Assembly: GCA_036280835.1 (NCBI GenBank)
Contig: DASUQB010000271.1
Span: 1-63,265, forward strand
Length of the DNA stretch: 63,265 bases
Source: Microbacterium sp.
GTDB taxonomy: Bacteria > Actinomycetota > Actinomycetes > Actinomycetales > Microbacteriaceae
Direction of reading: 5' to 3'
Shown here: positions 20,577 through 30,559 of the stretch, piece by piece
How the letters are laid out: every line of letters begins with the position of its first letter
Numbering within the stretch: the first letter of the stretch is position 1
The notes under the pieces: model-generated
What the model saw: the letters and a program-made list of their open reading frames with translations, nothing else
What the model was told of the DNA's origin: nothing
Databases searched by the model: none
Position numbers and translations under genes: made by a program

Positions 20577-23500
20577 TCAGTTCACGCCCCCGCACGCGCG
20601 GGCGTCGTAGTCGACGGAGTGCTCGCTCGTGACCGTCTTCCCGTCCACGGTCGCGGTGACCGTCGCCTCCACGACGCCTGCGGGCATCGCAACCTGACGC
20701 GTCGAGAACGCCTGGCCGGCCTTCTTCTCCGGCGCCAGGTCGGCGAAGGTCTTCGAGCCGTAGGGCGTCTGCAGCGCGATCGACACAGGCATCTCGCTGC
20801 CGTTCGTCGCGGTGACGGCGAGGGCCACCTTGCCTGCGACGCACCGGCTGACCGCCGTGAACCCGACCTCGATCGGCGAGACCGCCTCGGCCGCCCACGC
20901 CTCGAACTCGAGGATGCCGCTCGAGCCGCCGGCGTTCGCCGTGCCCCACGCCTGCATCACCGCGCGCAGCTTGGTCGTCGTGACCGGCGCGAACGCGACG
21001 TTGTTGAGGGCGGTCGACGAGCGGCCGTACGCGTCGTCGGTGTCGACATCCACCCACTGGCCGGTCGCGAGGTCGACGTACTGCAGCTTCCACGTGCGGG
21101 GCGGGATCATTCCGGCGTTGGACGCATCGGACGAGTCGCGGAAGAAGAGCACGCCCGCCCGGTCGACCGTGACGACGCGGTCCCACTCCAGCTGCACCCA
21201 CTGCTGGCCGACGTTCGGCCACGTGCCCCACGAGGCGCCGGTCAGCGAGCCGTCGTTGACGGCGGTGACCGCGTTCCAGCCCGAGGTGTAGGAGGCCGTG
21301 GCGGTCGCGATCGGGGCGATGTTGCCCTCGAGCGGCGCCGTGGATGACAGCGGCACGGCCACGGTCGAGAGCGCCGAGACGTTGCCGGCGGCATCCTTCG
21401 ACCGCAGGTACACCACGTGCCGCTGCTCGTCGACGGCGATGGGCGAGCCGTAGGCCTGCCACCCCGTCGGCGCGTCGAGCGCCCATTCGATGCCCGCCGC
21501 GCCCGACCCGGTGTCGGCTGCGGTGGCGCTCACGGTGCGCGCGACGATGTCGAGCGTTCCTGTGACCGTCGGCTTCGTCGAGTCGATGCGGACGTCGATG
21601 GATGCCTCCGCCGAGGCGTTCGCCGCGGCATCCGTCGCCCTCGCCCGCACGGCGTGCGCGCCGTCGCCCGTGACGGTCGTCTCGGCGAAGCGGACGTTCT
21701 CGGTCGCCTGCCAGGCCCCGGCGTCCACCGCCACCTCGATGCGCGTGCGCACATCCCGGTCATCGGTCGCCGTCGCGCGCACCGTCACCGGTGAGAGGAA
21801 CCAGCCGTTGGCGCCCTCGACGCCCGTGGCGTCGAGCGCGACCGTCGGCGCGGCGGTGTCGAGCGTCTCACCCAGCACCTCGAGCTCCGTGAGCCCGACA
21901 CCCGCCGTGGTGTCGCCGTCGGACTGGGCCGCGAGCACCGCGCGGATGCCGGTCGCCACGACCGCGTCGAAGGTCACGGCGTTCGGCGCCTCGCGGTCGA
22001 CCGGGTAATCGCCGGCGCCGGTGACGTCGCGCCACTGGCCGTCGACCTGCGCCTGCACGGTCCAGGAATCCGGGGGCGCGACGCCGTCCCCGGCATCGGG
22101 GCCGGCCACCTCGCTCCAGAAGTGCGCGGTGACGCCGTCGACGCGCACGGGGTCGGTCCACGTGTAGCCCGCCCAGCGGGTGGCCGGGCCACCGGCGGCG
22201 GTCTTCCAGACGGGGTGCGCGTCACCGGTGTAGGCGATCGCCGCGTCGTTGAGGGCGGCGACGGACGAGCCGTCCTCCGCCGCGGGCTCGCCCGTCAGTG
22301 CCAGGTTGGCGCGCCACGGACTCTGCCCGAGCACGGTCACCGTCGCGGTGACGCGGCCGGCGGCGTAGCCCTCCGCGAAGCCCTCGACGGTGAACTGCCC
22401 CGCGGCGGCGAGATCGGCCGGGTCGACGGCATCCCACCGCACCGGCGCCTCCACGCTCTCCGCTCCGTACTGCAGCGAGACGGTCTCGGGCAGCTCGGGG
22501 GCGGTGCCCACGACGGTCTGCACGTCGACGGGCGCGACGCCCGCCGGCTGGGCGGCGTGCACCTCCCACTCCTCCACCGCGAGCGCCGCGTACTGCGGCG
22601 GGGTGGCGGAGTTCGGCGAGGCGTTCAGCACCGCGCGCACGCGGGACGTGGTCACCGCGTCGAAGGTCACCGTGTGGAGCCGACGCGTGGCCGTGGGGTA
22701 GCCGCTGGGGTTCGAGACGTCGCGCCAGGCGCCCTCGGCCCAGTACTGGAGCGTCCATGACGAGGGAGCGGCCACGCCGTTGCCGGTGCCGGGTGCGGAG
22801 TCGTTCCAGAACTGGATGCGCGTGCTGTTCACGCGCACGGGCTTGTCCCAGTCGTACTGGATCCACTGCTGCGCGGGGCGGGTGCCCGTCCAGCTGCCCC
22901 ACATGTCCGGCGGAAGCGGGTTGGGGCGGATCAGCTCGTCGTTGAGCGATTTGATCCAGTACTGCGTGGGGATCGGCTCGTTCGAGGCGGACGCGCTCGC
23001 CCAGGGTGCGACGTTGGAGCGAGGGGTGTAGTCAGCGCCGCGCTGCGGTGTGGTCTCGACCGGCAGGATGCGGGCGGGGGTCACCGAGTCGTCCCACGTG
23101 AGAGGGTCGATCGCGACGGAGCGGCGGAAGTGGTTGCCGCCGACGGCGTCGGCCGTGTGGTACGCCATGTACCACTCGTCCTTGAACTCCACGATGGCGG
23201 GGTGGCTGGTCGTCGACGAGACCGGCGCGAGGATGCGGCCGCGGAAGGTCCACGGGCCGAGCGGGCTGGATGCCGTCGAGTAGGCGATGCACGCGTGATA
23301 GTTGGCGGGCGTGCAGCTGCTGTTCGGGCCGGCGTTGTTTGCCGCGTAGCCGAGGTAGTACGTGCCGTTGCGCTCGAAGAGCCAGGGGGCCTCGAAGAAG
23401 CCGGTGACACCGCTCGTGATGTTCGTCGGGGTGCCGATCCGGGTCTTCATGTCGTCATCGAGCTCGGTGGCCATGAGCCGACCGAAGCTGCCCCAGTACA

Positions 23501-24074
23501 TCCACACGCGATCGTCGTCGTCGACGAGCACGGTGGGGTCGATGTTGTGGGCGTCGTTGCCGAGCAGCGCCTGCGACACCACGGGACCGCCGGCGTGGTC
23601 GGTCCAGGGGCCGAGCGGCGAGTCCGAGACGGCGACGCCGATGCCGAACTTGTCGGCCGATGTGCTCGCGGCCTCGTGCACGGGGACGTACCAGTAGAAG
23701 CGGCCGTCCACACCCTCGACGACCTGACCGGCGTAGGCGCGGCCGGGCGTCGCCCAGTCGAAGACGACCTCGGGGCGCATGAGCGCGGGGTGGTGCTCCC
23801 ACTCTCCGCCGGCGACATCGGTGGTGGAGAAGGCCTGCCACTCGTTCATGATGAAGTCGTTGACGGTGGGCCCCGCCTCGTCGCGGCCGGTGTGCAGGTA
23901 GAGCGTGTCGTCGACGACCAGGGCGGACGGGTCCGCCGAGTAGTAGGTGCCGTCCCCGAGGATCGGGTTCTCGGTCGCGGCCGTCGCGGCCGTGGCTGGG
24001 GCGAGCGACGCGATCAGCGCCGCGACGACGGCGACGGCGAGCGCCCCGCCGGTCTTCCTGGATCTCAGAACCAC
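20577..24074 (-). CDS. Secreted multidomain GH43 alpha-L-arabinofuranosidase with discoidin-like and Big_4-like domains and the C-terminal RCVAGK domain
   Basis: SADPS, NIDPT, FFEAP and TSHPAI GH43 motifs; GTG start at 24074 after GAGGA. Confidence 0.88.
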   Translation of the reverse strand: MVLRSRKTGGALAVAVVAALIASLAPATAATAATENPILGDGTYYSADPSALVVDDTLYLHTGRDEAGPTVNDFIMNEWQAFSTTDVAGGEWEHHPALMRPEVVFDWATPGRAYAGQVVEGVDGRFYWYVPVHEAASTSADKFGIGVAVSDSPLGPWTDHAGGPVVSQALLGNDAHNIDPTVLVDDDDRVWMYWGSFGRLMATELDDDMKTRIGTPTNITSGVTGFFEAPWLFERNGTYYLGYAANNAGPNSSCTPANYHACIAYSTASSPLGPWTFRGRILAPVSSTTSHPAIVEFKDEWYMAYHTADAVGGNHFRRSVAIDPLTWDDSVTPARILPVETTPQRGADYTPRSNVAPWASASASNEPIPTQYWIKSLNDELIRPNPLPPDMWGSWTGTRPAQQWIQYDWDKPVRVNSTRIQFWNDSAPGTGNGVAAPSSWTLQYWAEGAWRDVSNPSGYPTATRRLHTVTFDAVTTSRVRAVLNASPNSATPPQYAALAVEEWEVHAAQPAGVAPVDVQTVVGTAPELPETVSLQYGAESVEAPVRWDAVDPADLAAAGQFTVEGFAEGYAAGRVTATVTVLGQSPWRANLALTGEPAAEDGSSVAALNDAAIAYTGDAHPVWKTAAGGPATRWAGYTWTDPVRVDGVTAHFWSEVAGPDAGDGVAPPDSWTVQAQVDGQWRDVTGAGDYPVDREAPNAVTFDAVVATGIRAVLAAQSDGDTTAGVGLTELEVLGETLDTAAPTVALDATGVEGANGWFLSPVTVRATATDDRDVRTRIEVAVDAGAWQATENVRFAETTVTGDGAHAVRARATDAAANASAEASIDVRIDSTKPTVTGTLDIVARTVSATAADTGSGAAGIEWALDAPTGWQAYGSPIAVDEQRHVVYLRSKDAAGNVSALSTVAVPLSSTAPLEGNIAPIATATASYTSGWNAVTAVNDGSLTGASWGTWPNVGQQWVQLEWDRVVTVDRAGVLFFRDSSDASNAGMIPPRTWKLQYVDLATGQWVDVDTDDAYGRSSTALNNVAFAPVTTTKLRAVMQAWGTANAGGSSGILEFEAWAAEAVSPIEVGFTAVSRCVAGKVALAVTATNGSEMPVSIALQTPYGSKTFADLAPEKKAGQAFSTRQVAMPAGVVEATVTATVDGKTVTSEHSVDYDARACGGVN

Positions 24075-24171
24075 TTCGTCCTCATTCCTCGGGGCGTCGC
24101 CGAGCGGGCGACACGGTCTTCGTTGCTGTGGGATGCCGGGCTGCAAGGCGCCGCGGGCGGGCAGGTCGCGA

Positions 24172-24762
24172 TCATCGGGCTGCCCGGCGGCGCGCGGCCA
24201 CCACGACGGACGTCGCAGCGACGGCGGTCGCCAGCACGGCGCCGCCGGCGAGCAGCACGCCGCTGGGCATGCCGGCCTCCGACTCGGTGCGGGCGCTTCC
24301 GGCTCGGGTCTCGGACGGCGATGCCGGGGCCGCGGGGTCGCCCGCGCTGCTGAGCACTGCGGAGAGAGCGGCGCCCGGGGTGGATGCCGCGATCTCGATC
24401 GATCCGGAGGATGTGCCCACCGGCAGGGCCACGAGCGTCGTGCCGGTGCCGTCGGCGCCGATGGTCAGCGTGCCGAGCGCCGTCTCGGGCGAGACGAGGG
24501 CGATCTCCCAGACCGCGCCCTCCTGTGCCCCGACGACCGTCACCGGCACCGGATCGCCGACGGAGGCCTGGCGCACGCCGACGTGCAGCGCCGCTTCGGC
24601 ATCGGCATCCGTGGACCCCATCGGCGAAGCGTCGATCGGCGCACCCTCGACGGCGGACGCGGCGGACGCCGCGAGGGGCCCCGTCACCGCGGCCGCTGCG
24701 ATCGCGGCCGACAGCGCCAGCGAGCGGACGATCCAGGCGCGGGGACGTGTGTGCGTGGTCAT
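24172..24762 (-). CDS. Small secreted protein with a C-terminal membrane or cell-wall anchor
   Basis: Signal peptide, ~90-aa beta-rich core, P/S/A linker, hydrophobic helix and basic tail ARRRAAR. Confidence 0.7.
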   Translation of the reverse strand: MTTHTRPRAWIVRSLALSAAIAAAAVTGPLAASAASAVEGAPIDASPMGSTDADAEAALHVGVRQASVGDPVPVTVVGAQEGAVWEIALVSPETALGTLTIGADGTGTTLVALPVGTSSGSIEIAASTPGAALSAVLSSAGDPAAPASPSETRAGSARTESEAGMPSGVLLAGGAVLATAVAATSVVVAARRRAAR

Positions 24763-24800
24763 GGCATTCCTCTCGGGGAGGGGAGAAAGGAAGGTGGAGA

Positions 24801-24832
24801 GGGGGAGCGCCCGCGACGGCGGGCGCTCCCCC
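24801..24832 (-). terminator. Stem-loop after the large GH gene
   Basis: GGGGGAGCGCCCGC-gacg-GCGGGCGCTCCCCC, 14-bp stem. Confidence 0.6.
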
Positions 24833-24836
24833 GGGC

Positions 24837-27800
24837 TCAGCAGCCGAACGCGTCGTGGGCGACCGCCCAGTCCTTCGTGACGGTCTCACCGTCCAGCTCG
24901 CCGGTCACCGCGACCTGGAGCGCACCCGCGGGCACGTCCTTCAGTCGCGTGGTGAAGGCGGCCGACGCCTTGGCGCCGGGCTGGATGGTCGCGAACGTCT
25001 TCGAGCCGTAGGCCGTGGTCACCGCGACCTTCACGGGCGCGTCGCCGTTGTTGACGATCGTCGGGACGAGGATGACCTTGCCCGCGACGCAGCGGTCGGT
25101 GACGGTGACGTCCACCTCGAACGCCTCCGGCGCGCCGGCGACCTCGTGCACCTGCCACTCCTTGATGCCGACGCTGCCCTGGCCCTCCACTGTGCCCTTC
25201 GCATTCAGCACCAGCCGGAGGCCCGTCGTCGTGACGGGTTCGAACGTGACCGCGTTGAAGGTGTCGACCGCGACCCCGTACGGCGAGGTGGGCACGACAT
25301 CCGCCCACTCGCCGGCGGCGTTTCGGTACTGCGCCTTCCACGACTCCGGCACCGCGATCCCGGCACCGCCGGCGTCGAGGTTGGAGATGAAGTAGACGCC
25401 GGTCTCGCCGACCGTCACCGGCTCGGTCCAGTCGTACTGCACCCACTGGTCCGCGATCTGCGGCCAGGCTCCCCAGACGAACGCGTTGTCGTTGGGGTTC
25501 ACATCGCCCGACGCCGTGGGAGCCACGTCGTCGTTGAGGCCGTCGACGGTGTTCCAGCCGGCCGTGTACGACGCGCTCGGGGTGGCGAGCAGTGCGACGT
25601 TGCGGCGGTGGTTGCCATCGGACGCCGGAACCACGACGGGCAGCACGGCCGACGCGTTGCCTGCCTTGTCGCTCGCCCGCAGGTGCACGGTCGTCTCCTC
25701 GAGTCCGACGAGGATCGTGCCGGTGTAGGCGGTCCACTCCGACGCGTCATCGATGCGGTACTCGATCTTGTCGAGTCCCGATCCGGCGTCGGTCGCGGAT
25801 GCCTTGACCGTGCGGGCGACCGCGTCGGCGGTCGGCGTGACCGCCGGCGCCGTGGTGTCGATCCGGAACGCCGTCTCGACGATCGCCGAGACGTTGGCGC
25901 CGGCGTCCGTCGCCCGGGCCCGCACGGTGTGCGCACCCTCCGCGGCGACCGAGACCGGGGCGGTGTAGGCCGTCCACGCTCCCCCGTCGACCGAGACCTC
26001 GAGCGCCGGGGCGGCGTCGCGGTTGTCGGTGGCCGAGGCCGTTACCTGCACGGCTCCCGTGTGCCAGCCGGAGGCCGGGGCCTGCGGGGTGAACGAGATC
26101 GCCGCGACCGGGGCCGTGGTGTCGGGTCCTTCCCCGCCGCCCTCGCCGACCGTGACGGTCGCCGTGGCGGCCTTGACGCCCGCGATTGTGCTCTGCACCG
26201 TGCCGGCGACCGTGAACTCACCGTCGGTCGCGTAGTCCGCGGCATCCACCGCCTCCCACTCGACAGCCAGGTCCTCACGGGAGCCGTCGTTGTAGAGCAC
26301 GCCCACGGTCGCCGGAAGCTCCGGTGCGACACCGGCGGTGGTCTTCACGGCGACCGGATCGACCGAGTTGATCTGACCCGGGGCCGTTGCACGCACCCAC
26401 ACCGATGCCTGCGCCGGAACCGGCGACCCGGCGACGATGCCCACCACGGTGAAGCTGCCCTCCGAGGCGACCTGCTCCTCGGTGATCGGGCCCCATGCGA
26501 CGAGCTCCGCCGAGCGGCTGCCGTCGGCGTAGATCGCGTCCACGCGCTCTGGCAGGGTCGGGACGGTGCCGACGCTCGTGCGGACGTCGATCGGCTCGAT
26601 GCCGGTCGGCGCCTCGGCGAAGACGCGCCACTCGCTCACCGCGACACCGGCGTACGGCTCGGCTCCGGTGCCGGGGCCGGCCGCGCTCAGCACGAGCCGC
26701 AGGCGCGTCGTGGTGACCGGGTCGAAGTTCGTGAGGTTGGTGGCCGTGCGGGCGATGCCGTACCGGTCGGCGCCGGTGACATCGACCCACGAGGTGCCGT
26801 TCCAGTACTGCGCCTTCCAGGCCTTGGGGATGTTCACGCCGGCTCCCGAGGCGGGGTTCGTCTGGTCCGCCCAGAAGGCGACCTCGGTGCTGTCGACGCG
26901 CACGGGGGTCGGCCACGTGTACTGGATCCAGCGCGTCGCCGGGCGTGCGCCCGACCACGTGCCCCACAGGTCGGTCTGCTGACCGCCCGAGTGCAGCACG
27001 CGTCCGTCGTTGACGGCGTTCACGTTGTTCCAGCCCGCCGTGTATTCGGCGGTGGGAGTGCCGGACGGGGCGACGTTCGTGCCCTGGGTCGCGACGGAGC
27101 CCGCCACCGTGACGTCGGTCGAGCTGGTGAGCTCGCCGTCCGTCGAGGTGAGTCGCAGAACGTACTGACCGGCCGCGGTGAAGCGGGCGATGGTCGAGGG
27201 CGATGTCGCCGAGTCGAACAGCGCGAGGCCGCCGGCCGGCGCCGACACGACGCTCCACGACGAGCTCAGGGCACCCGTGGGCAGCCCGTCGTCCTTCGCG
27301 GTGCCGACGAGGTCGACCTGGCCGGGGATCGCGACGCCGGGCTTCACCCAGGCGTCGACGAGCGGCGCCTCGTTGGTGCTCGCGGGGGCATCGACGCCGG
27401 TTCGGAAGACCTGCACCTCCTTGAGACCGGTCTTGAAGCCGGCCGCGTGGGTCACGGTGACGCGGACCGCGTCGCCGGTGACCTCCGGGAACTGGATGTG
27501 GTTGAGGTTGCCGCGCGGGTAGACGGGCGTCCGCGCCTGAGCGGGCACCGGTCGCCACTCCCCGCCGGAGCGGTACTCGACGGAGTACATCGACGGCTCG
27601 GAGTATCCGGCGACCGTCGCCGATGACGACGAGGTGTAGAAGTAGAGCCGCGCGTCGTCGAACGTCTGGGCGGAGCCGAGCTCGACGGTGATCGAGTCCT
27701 TGGCGTTGGGCGAACCCGCGGTGCCCCAGAAGGGCTCGTTGATCGTCGTGCCGTTCACCGCCGCCGCGGGGGCGCGTCCCGCCGCCGAGTGCGTGGCCGT

Positions 27801-30344
27801 CACGGCCCTGCCCTCGGCGAGGTTGGCGCTGCCGGCGCTCTGGTCGGAGACATCCGAACCCGCCTTGGCGAACAGGTCGACGACCCGCGCGTCGTTGCCG
27901 AAGCGCACGTCCTGCGGGGCCTGCACCGAGGTGGTGTTCGCCGTCGTCACCGTGAGGCCGTCGGCGGCCTCGACCTGGCCCGTGGCCGGGTCGTAGACGA
28001 CCTTGCCGAGCCCGTCGACCGTGAACGCGAGGGCGCCGTCGAGGAAGACGGAGTAGCCCTCGGGTACGGCGTCGCCGTAGTGGCGCTCACCGCCGGGCGC
28101 GTCCCACGTGACCGTCAGGTCCTTGTCGCGGTAGCGGATGTTGTTGGCCGTGAAGTGGTCCCAGTCGATGTCGATCGGGTCGAGCTCGATCTTGGCGTCG
28201 CTGCGCGGGCGCAGCCCCATCGTGTCCTCGATCATCGTGAAGTTGGTGGCGCCGAGGATCGTGTGGTGGATCCAGGAGCGGTAGCCGATGCGCTGCGGGT
28301 CGGCCGAGCCGTCCGACCAGAACTCGTTCTGGTCCGGCAGGCGGTTGTCGCCGCCGTTCTGGTAGTGCGCCCAGGCGTTCCAGTACAGGAGCTTCTTGTA
28401 CCAGTCGTTGTCGATCGCGTCGTTCGGATAATCGCGCAGCACGGAGCTCAGCATCCGGAACGTCACGGTCGAGTTGATCACCGAGAAGTTGTTGCTTCCG
28501 GGGTCGCCCTCCGCCGCCGCCTCGGCCTTGTCGGCCTGGTTCGCGGTGTAGAAGGGGAAGATCGGGTACTCCTTGTCGTCCGCCCACAGGCGCAGCGCGT
28601 CGACGTAGTCATCGGCGTAGTCCGCGTCGCCCGGCTTCGGCATCAGACCGACCGTGAACGGGTAGTAGTTGTTGATCTCCTTCCACGGCACGTGCTCGCC
28701 GTTGTCGGCCATCGCGTGCTCGAGGAGGTTGCGGTCCGGGTTCCACAGCACGTCGAGCACCTGCTCCTTGACGTTCTGCGCGAAGGCGTCCATCTCGTCG
28801 GCCTTCGTCGCGTTGCCCGCGACGCGGTACGCCTCGGCCGCGGCCTTGGCGTTCGAGTAGAGGTACGCGTTCTCGGCGCGGTCCATGTTGCCGCCGCGCC
28901 AGTCGAACGACACCGCGTCGGCGTCGTTGCCCGTCATCGCGCCCCAGTTGTACTCGATGAGGCCGTTGTCGTTGAAGTCGTAGGCATCGATCAGGCCCTC
29001 GACGTCGTACTCGGCGTACTCGGCGAGGTTCTCCGCGATCGCGGTGGGTCCGCCGTGCAGCTGGTACGAGCGCCAGGCGGCCTCGGAGATGTACTGCGTG
29101 TAGCTGTTCGACCAGTTGGCGGGGTCACCCGGGTTGTCGACGAACTTGTAGCTCTTCGACGTCTCGCCCGCGGACACCCAGGGGCCGTACGAGTAGATGG
29201 GGTCGCGGAAGTACTTGAGGTCGTCGATGAACATGCCGGTCGTCAGGACGATGGCGTTGTTGTACCCGAGCACGCCCTCCATCGAGGTCGGGAACTGGTA
29301 GTCGTTGCCCGGGATGTCGGCGTCGAGATAGTTGAACCGCATCAGCCACCAGCGGTAGAAGAGCGTCTTGTCGATGTTGTCTTCGGGGGTGTCGAGGTAG
29401 GGGATGTTGTCGGCCCACCACTGGTTGTAGGCCCTCACCTGCGTGGAGAAGGCGGCGGCGGGGGTGGCGGCGCGATACGCGTCGTAGTCGGTGCGCGAGG
29501 CCGGGATCTCGTCGGTGAGGAGCCCGAGCTGCACCTTGACGCTCGTGCTGCCTCCGGCGGGCACCGACAGCGTCCGCGTGAGTGACGTGCCGTCCGGGAC
29601 GAACCCGTCGCCGGACAGGCGCGGGAAGATCGTCGTCAGGTTGTTGAGCGCGGCGACCGTGCCGGTGAGCTCCTGGCCGTCGGCGATGGTGGCATAGGGG
29701 GATGCGGCGCGCAGCGTGACCGTCTGCGCGGCCCCGGTGGCCTTCACGTCCAGGTTCGTGACGAGCACGTTCGCGTCGGTGATGAACTTGGTCTGGACGA
29801 TCTCGACACCGCTGGCGGCGTGGCGGTGGACGCTCCGCCAATAGCTCGGCGTCTGCTTGCGCTGCGCGGTGTCCTCGGCGAGGGTGACGTTCGCGCCGCC
29901 GACCTGGGCGCTGATCGTGTAGCCGCCTCGATTGTCGATCGACTCCCAGTAGGCGAGCTGACCCTGGAACCCGAGCGTGCCCGGCGTGTGGGTCTTCATG
30001 AAGGCCGCCCGGCCCCGCGAGAAGAGCCACTGATTGGTGTCGTCGAAGCTGCCGGCGGTGCCCGTGCGTGCCAGCATCGCGTCGACCCAGAAGTCCTTCG
30101 CGGGCGAGACGCCGGCGCCGGCCGCGAGGTCGGCATCCATGATCGCCTGCAGCTGGTTCCCCGGCGTGTACGTGGTCCCCGTCGCGGGCACGGGCGTCGG
30201 GCTGCCGGTGAAGGTCGGGTAGCCGATGTCCTCGTTGGCGGCGACGGCCGGGCTGGTCGCCAGCAGCGAACTGCCGATGACGGCGACGGCGCATCCCGCC
30301 GCCACCGAAGTCCGTAAGCGCTTTCGGGTGGTTGTCCAGTCCAC
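24837..30344 (-). CDS. 1835-aa secreted glycoside hydrolase, probable GH121 beta-L-arabinobiosidase (HypBA2-like), with discoidin, Big_4 and RCVAGK domains
   Basis: Signal peptide; helical-barrel-type region (YRWWLMRFN, EGVLGYNNAI, GNDADA, NYYPF, HHTILG) recalled as HypBA2-like; neighbours GH127 and GH43 genes; family needs HMM confirmation. Confidence 0.72.
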   Translation of the reverse strand: MDWTTTRKRLRTSVAAGCAVAVIGSSLLATSPAVAANEDIGYPTFTGSPTPVPATGTTYTPGNQLQAIMDADLAAGAGVSPAKDFWVDAMLARTGTAGSFDDTNQWLFSRGRAAFMKTHTPGTLGFQGQLAYWESIDNRGGYTISAQVGGANVTLAEDTAQRKQTPSYWRSVHRHAASGVEIVQTKFITDANVLVTNLDVKATGAAQTVTLRAASPYATIADGQELTGTVAALNNLTTIFPRLSGDGFVPDGTSLTRTLSVPAGGSTSVKVQLGLLTDEIPASRTDYDAYRAATPAAAFSTQVRAYNQWWADNIPYLDTPEDNIDKTLFYRWWLMRFNYLDADIPGNDYQFPTSMEGVLGYNNAIVLTTGMFIDDLKYFRDPIYSYGPWVSAGETSKSYKFVDNPGDPANWSNSYTQYISEAAWRSYQLHGGPTAIAENLAEYAEYDVEGLIDAYDFNDNGLIEYNWGAMTGNDADAVSFDWRGGNMDRAENAYLYSNAKAAAEAYRVAGNATKADEMDAFAQNVKEQVLDVLWNPDRNLLEHAMADNGEHVPWKEINNYYPFTVGLMPKPGDADYADDYVDALRLWADDKEYPIFPFYTANQADKAEAAAEGDPGSNNFSVINSTVTFRMLSSVLRDYPNDAIDNDWYKKLLYWNAWAHYQNGGDNRLPDQNEFWSDGSADPQRIGYRSWIHHTILGATNFTMIEDTMGLRPRSDAKIELDPIDIDWDHFTANNIRYRDKDLTVTWDAPGGERHYGDAVPEGYSVFLDGALAFTVDGLGKVVYDPATGQVEAADGLTVTTANTTSVQAPQDVRFGNDARVVDLFAKAGSDVSDQSAGSANLAEGRAVTATHSAAGRAPAAAVNGTTINEPFWGTAGSPNAKDSITVELGSAQTFDDARLYFYTSSSSATVAGYSEPSMYSVEYRSGGEWRPVPAQARTPVYPRGNLNHIQFPEVTGDAVRVTVTHAAGFKTGLKEVQVFRTGVDAPASTNEAPLVDAWVKPGVAIPGQVDLVGTAKDDGLPTGALSSSWSVVSAPAGGLALFDSATSPSTIARFTAAGQYVLRLTSTDGELTSSTDVTVAGSVATQGTNVAPSGTPTAEYTAGWNNVNAVNDGRVLHSGGQQTDLWGTWSGARPATRWIQYTWPTPVRVDSTEVAFWADQTNPASGAGVNIPKAWKAQYWNGTSWVDVTGADRYGIARTATNLTNFDPVTTTRLRLVLSAAGPGTGAEPYAGVAVSEWRVFAEAPTGIEPIDVRTSVGTVPTLPERVDAIYADGSRSAELVAWGPITEEQVASEGSFTVVGIVAGSPVPAQASVWVRATAPGQINSVDPVAVKTTAGVAPELPATVGVLYNDGSREDLAVEWEAVDAADYATDGEFTVAGTVQSTIAGVKAATATVTVGEGGGEGPDTTAPVAAISFTPQAPASGWHTGAVQVTASATDNRDAAPALEVSVDGGAWTAYTAPVSVAAEGAHTVRARATDAGANVSAIVETAFRIDTTAPAVTPTADAVARTVKASATDAGSGLDKIEYRIDDASEWTAYTGTILVGLEETTVHLRASDKAGNASAVLPVVVPASDGNHRRNVALLATPSASYTAGWNTVDGLNDDVAPTASGDVNPNDNAFVWGAWPQIADQWVQYDWTEPVTVGETGVYFISNLDAGGAGIAVPESWKAQYRNAAGEWADVVPTSPYGVAVDTFNAVTFEPVTTTGLRLVLNAKGTVEGQGSVGIKEWQVHEVAGAPEAFEVDVTVTDRCVAGKVILVPTIVNNGDAPVKVAVTTAYGSKTFATIQPGAKASAAFTTRLKDVPAGALQVAVTGELDGETVTKDWAVAHDAFGC

Positions 30345-30399
30345 GTTGCCTGTCCTCTCAGCACCGCTCTCCAGCGAGCGGTGTCACACGTGAAATGGA

Positions 30400-30413
30400 C
30401 GTTATCGCTAACA
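30400..30413. promoter_or_regulatory. Putative LacI operator (TGTTAGCG-TAAC type)
   Basis: CGTTATCGCTAACA; reverse complement matches 43345-43358 at 11/14 positions. Confidence 0.6.
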
Positions 30414-30421
30414 GTGGACGG

Positions 30422-30447
30422 CCCGCAATGCTTTTCGGTAATTTCGA
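30422..30447. promoter_or_regulatory. Putative operator shared with the ABC transporter promoter
   Basis: CCCGCAATGCTTTTCGGTAATTTCGA matches 31654-31679 at 21/26 positions. Confidence 0.6.
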
Positions 30448-30559
30448 AACACGGACCCCCAGAGATCGAAAACGGCGCTGAAGCGGATGACGCCGACCGG
30501 TACGGCCGTCGTCGCCATCCGACGATGCGGAGCGGCCGCCGCGAGAGGACCGGCGAAGG

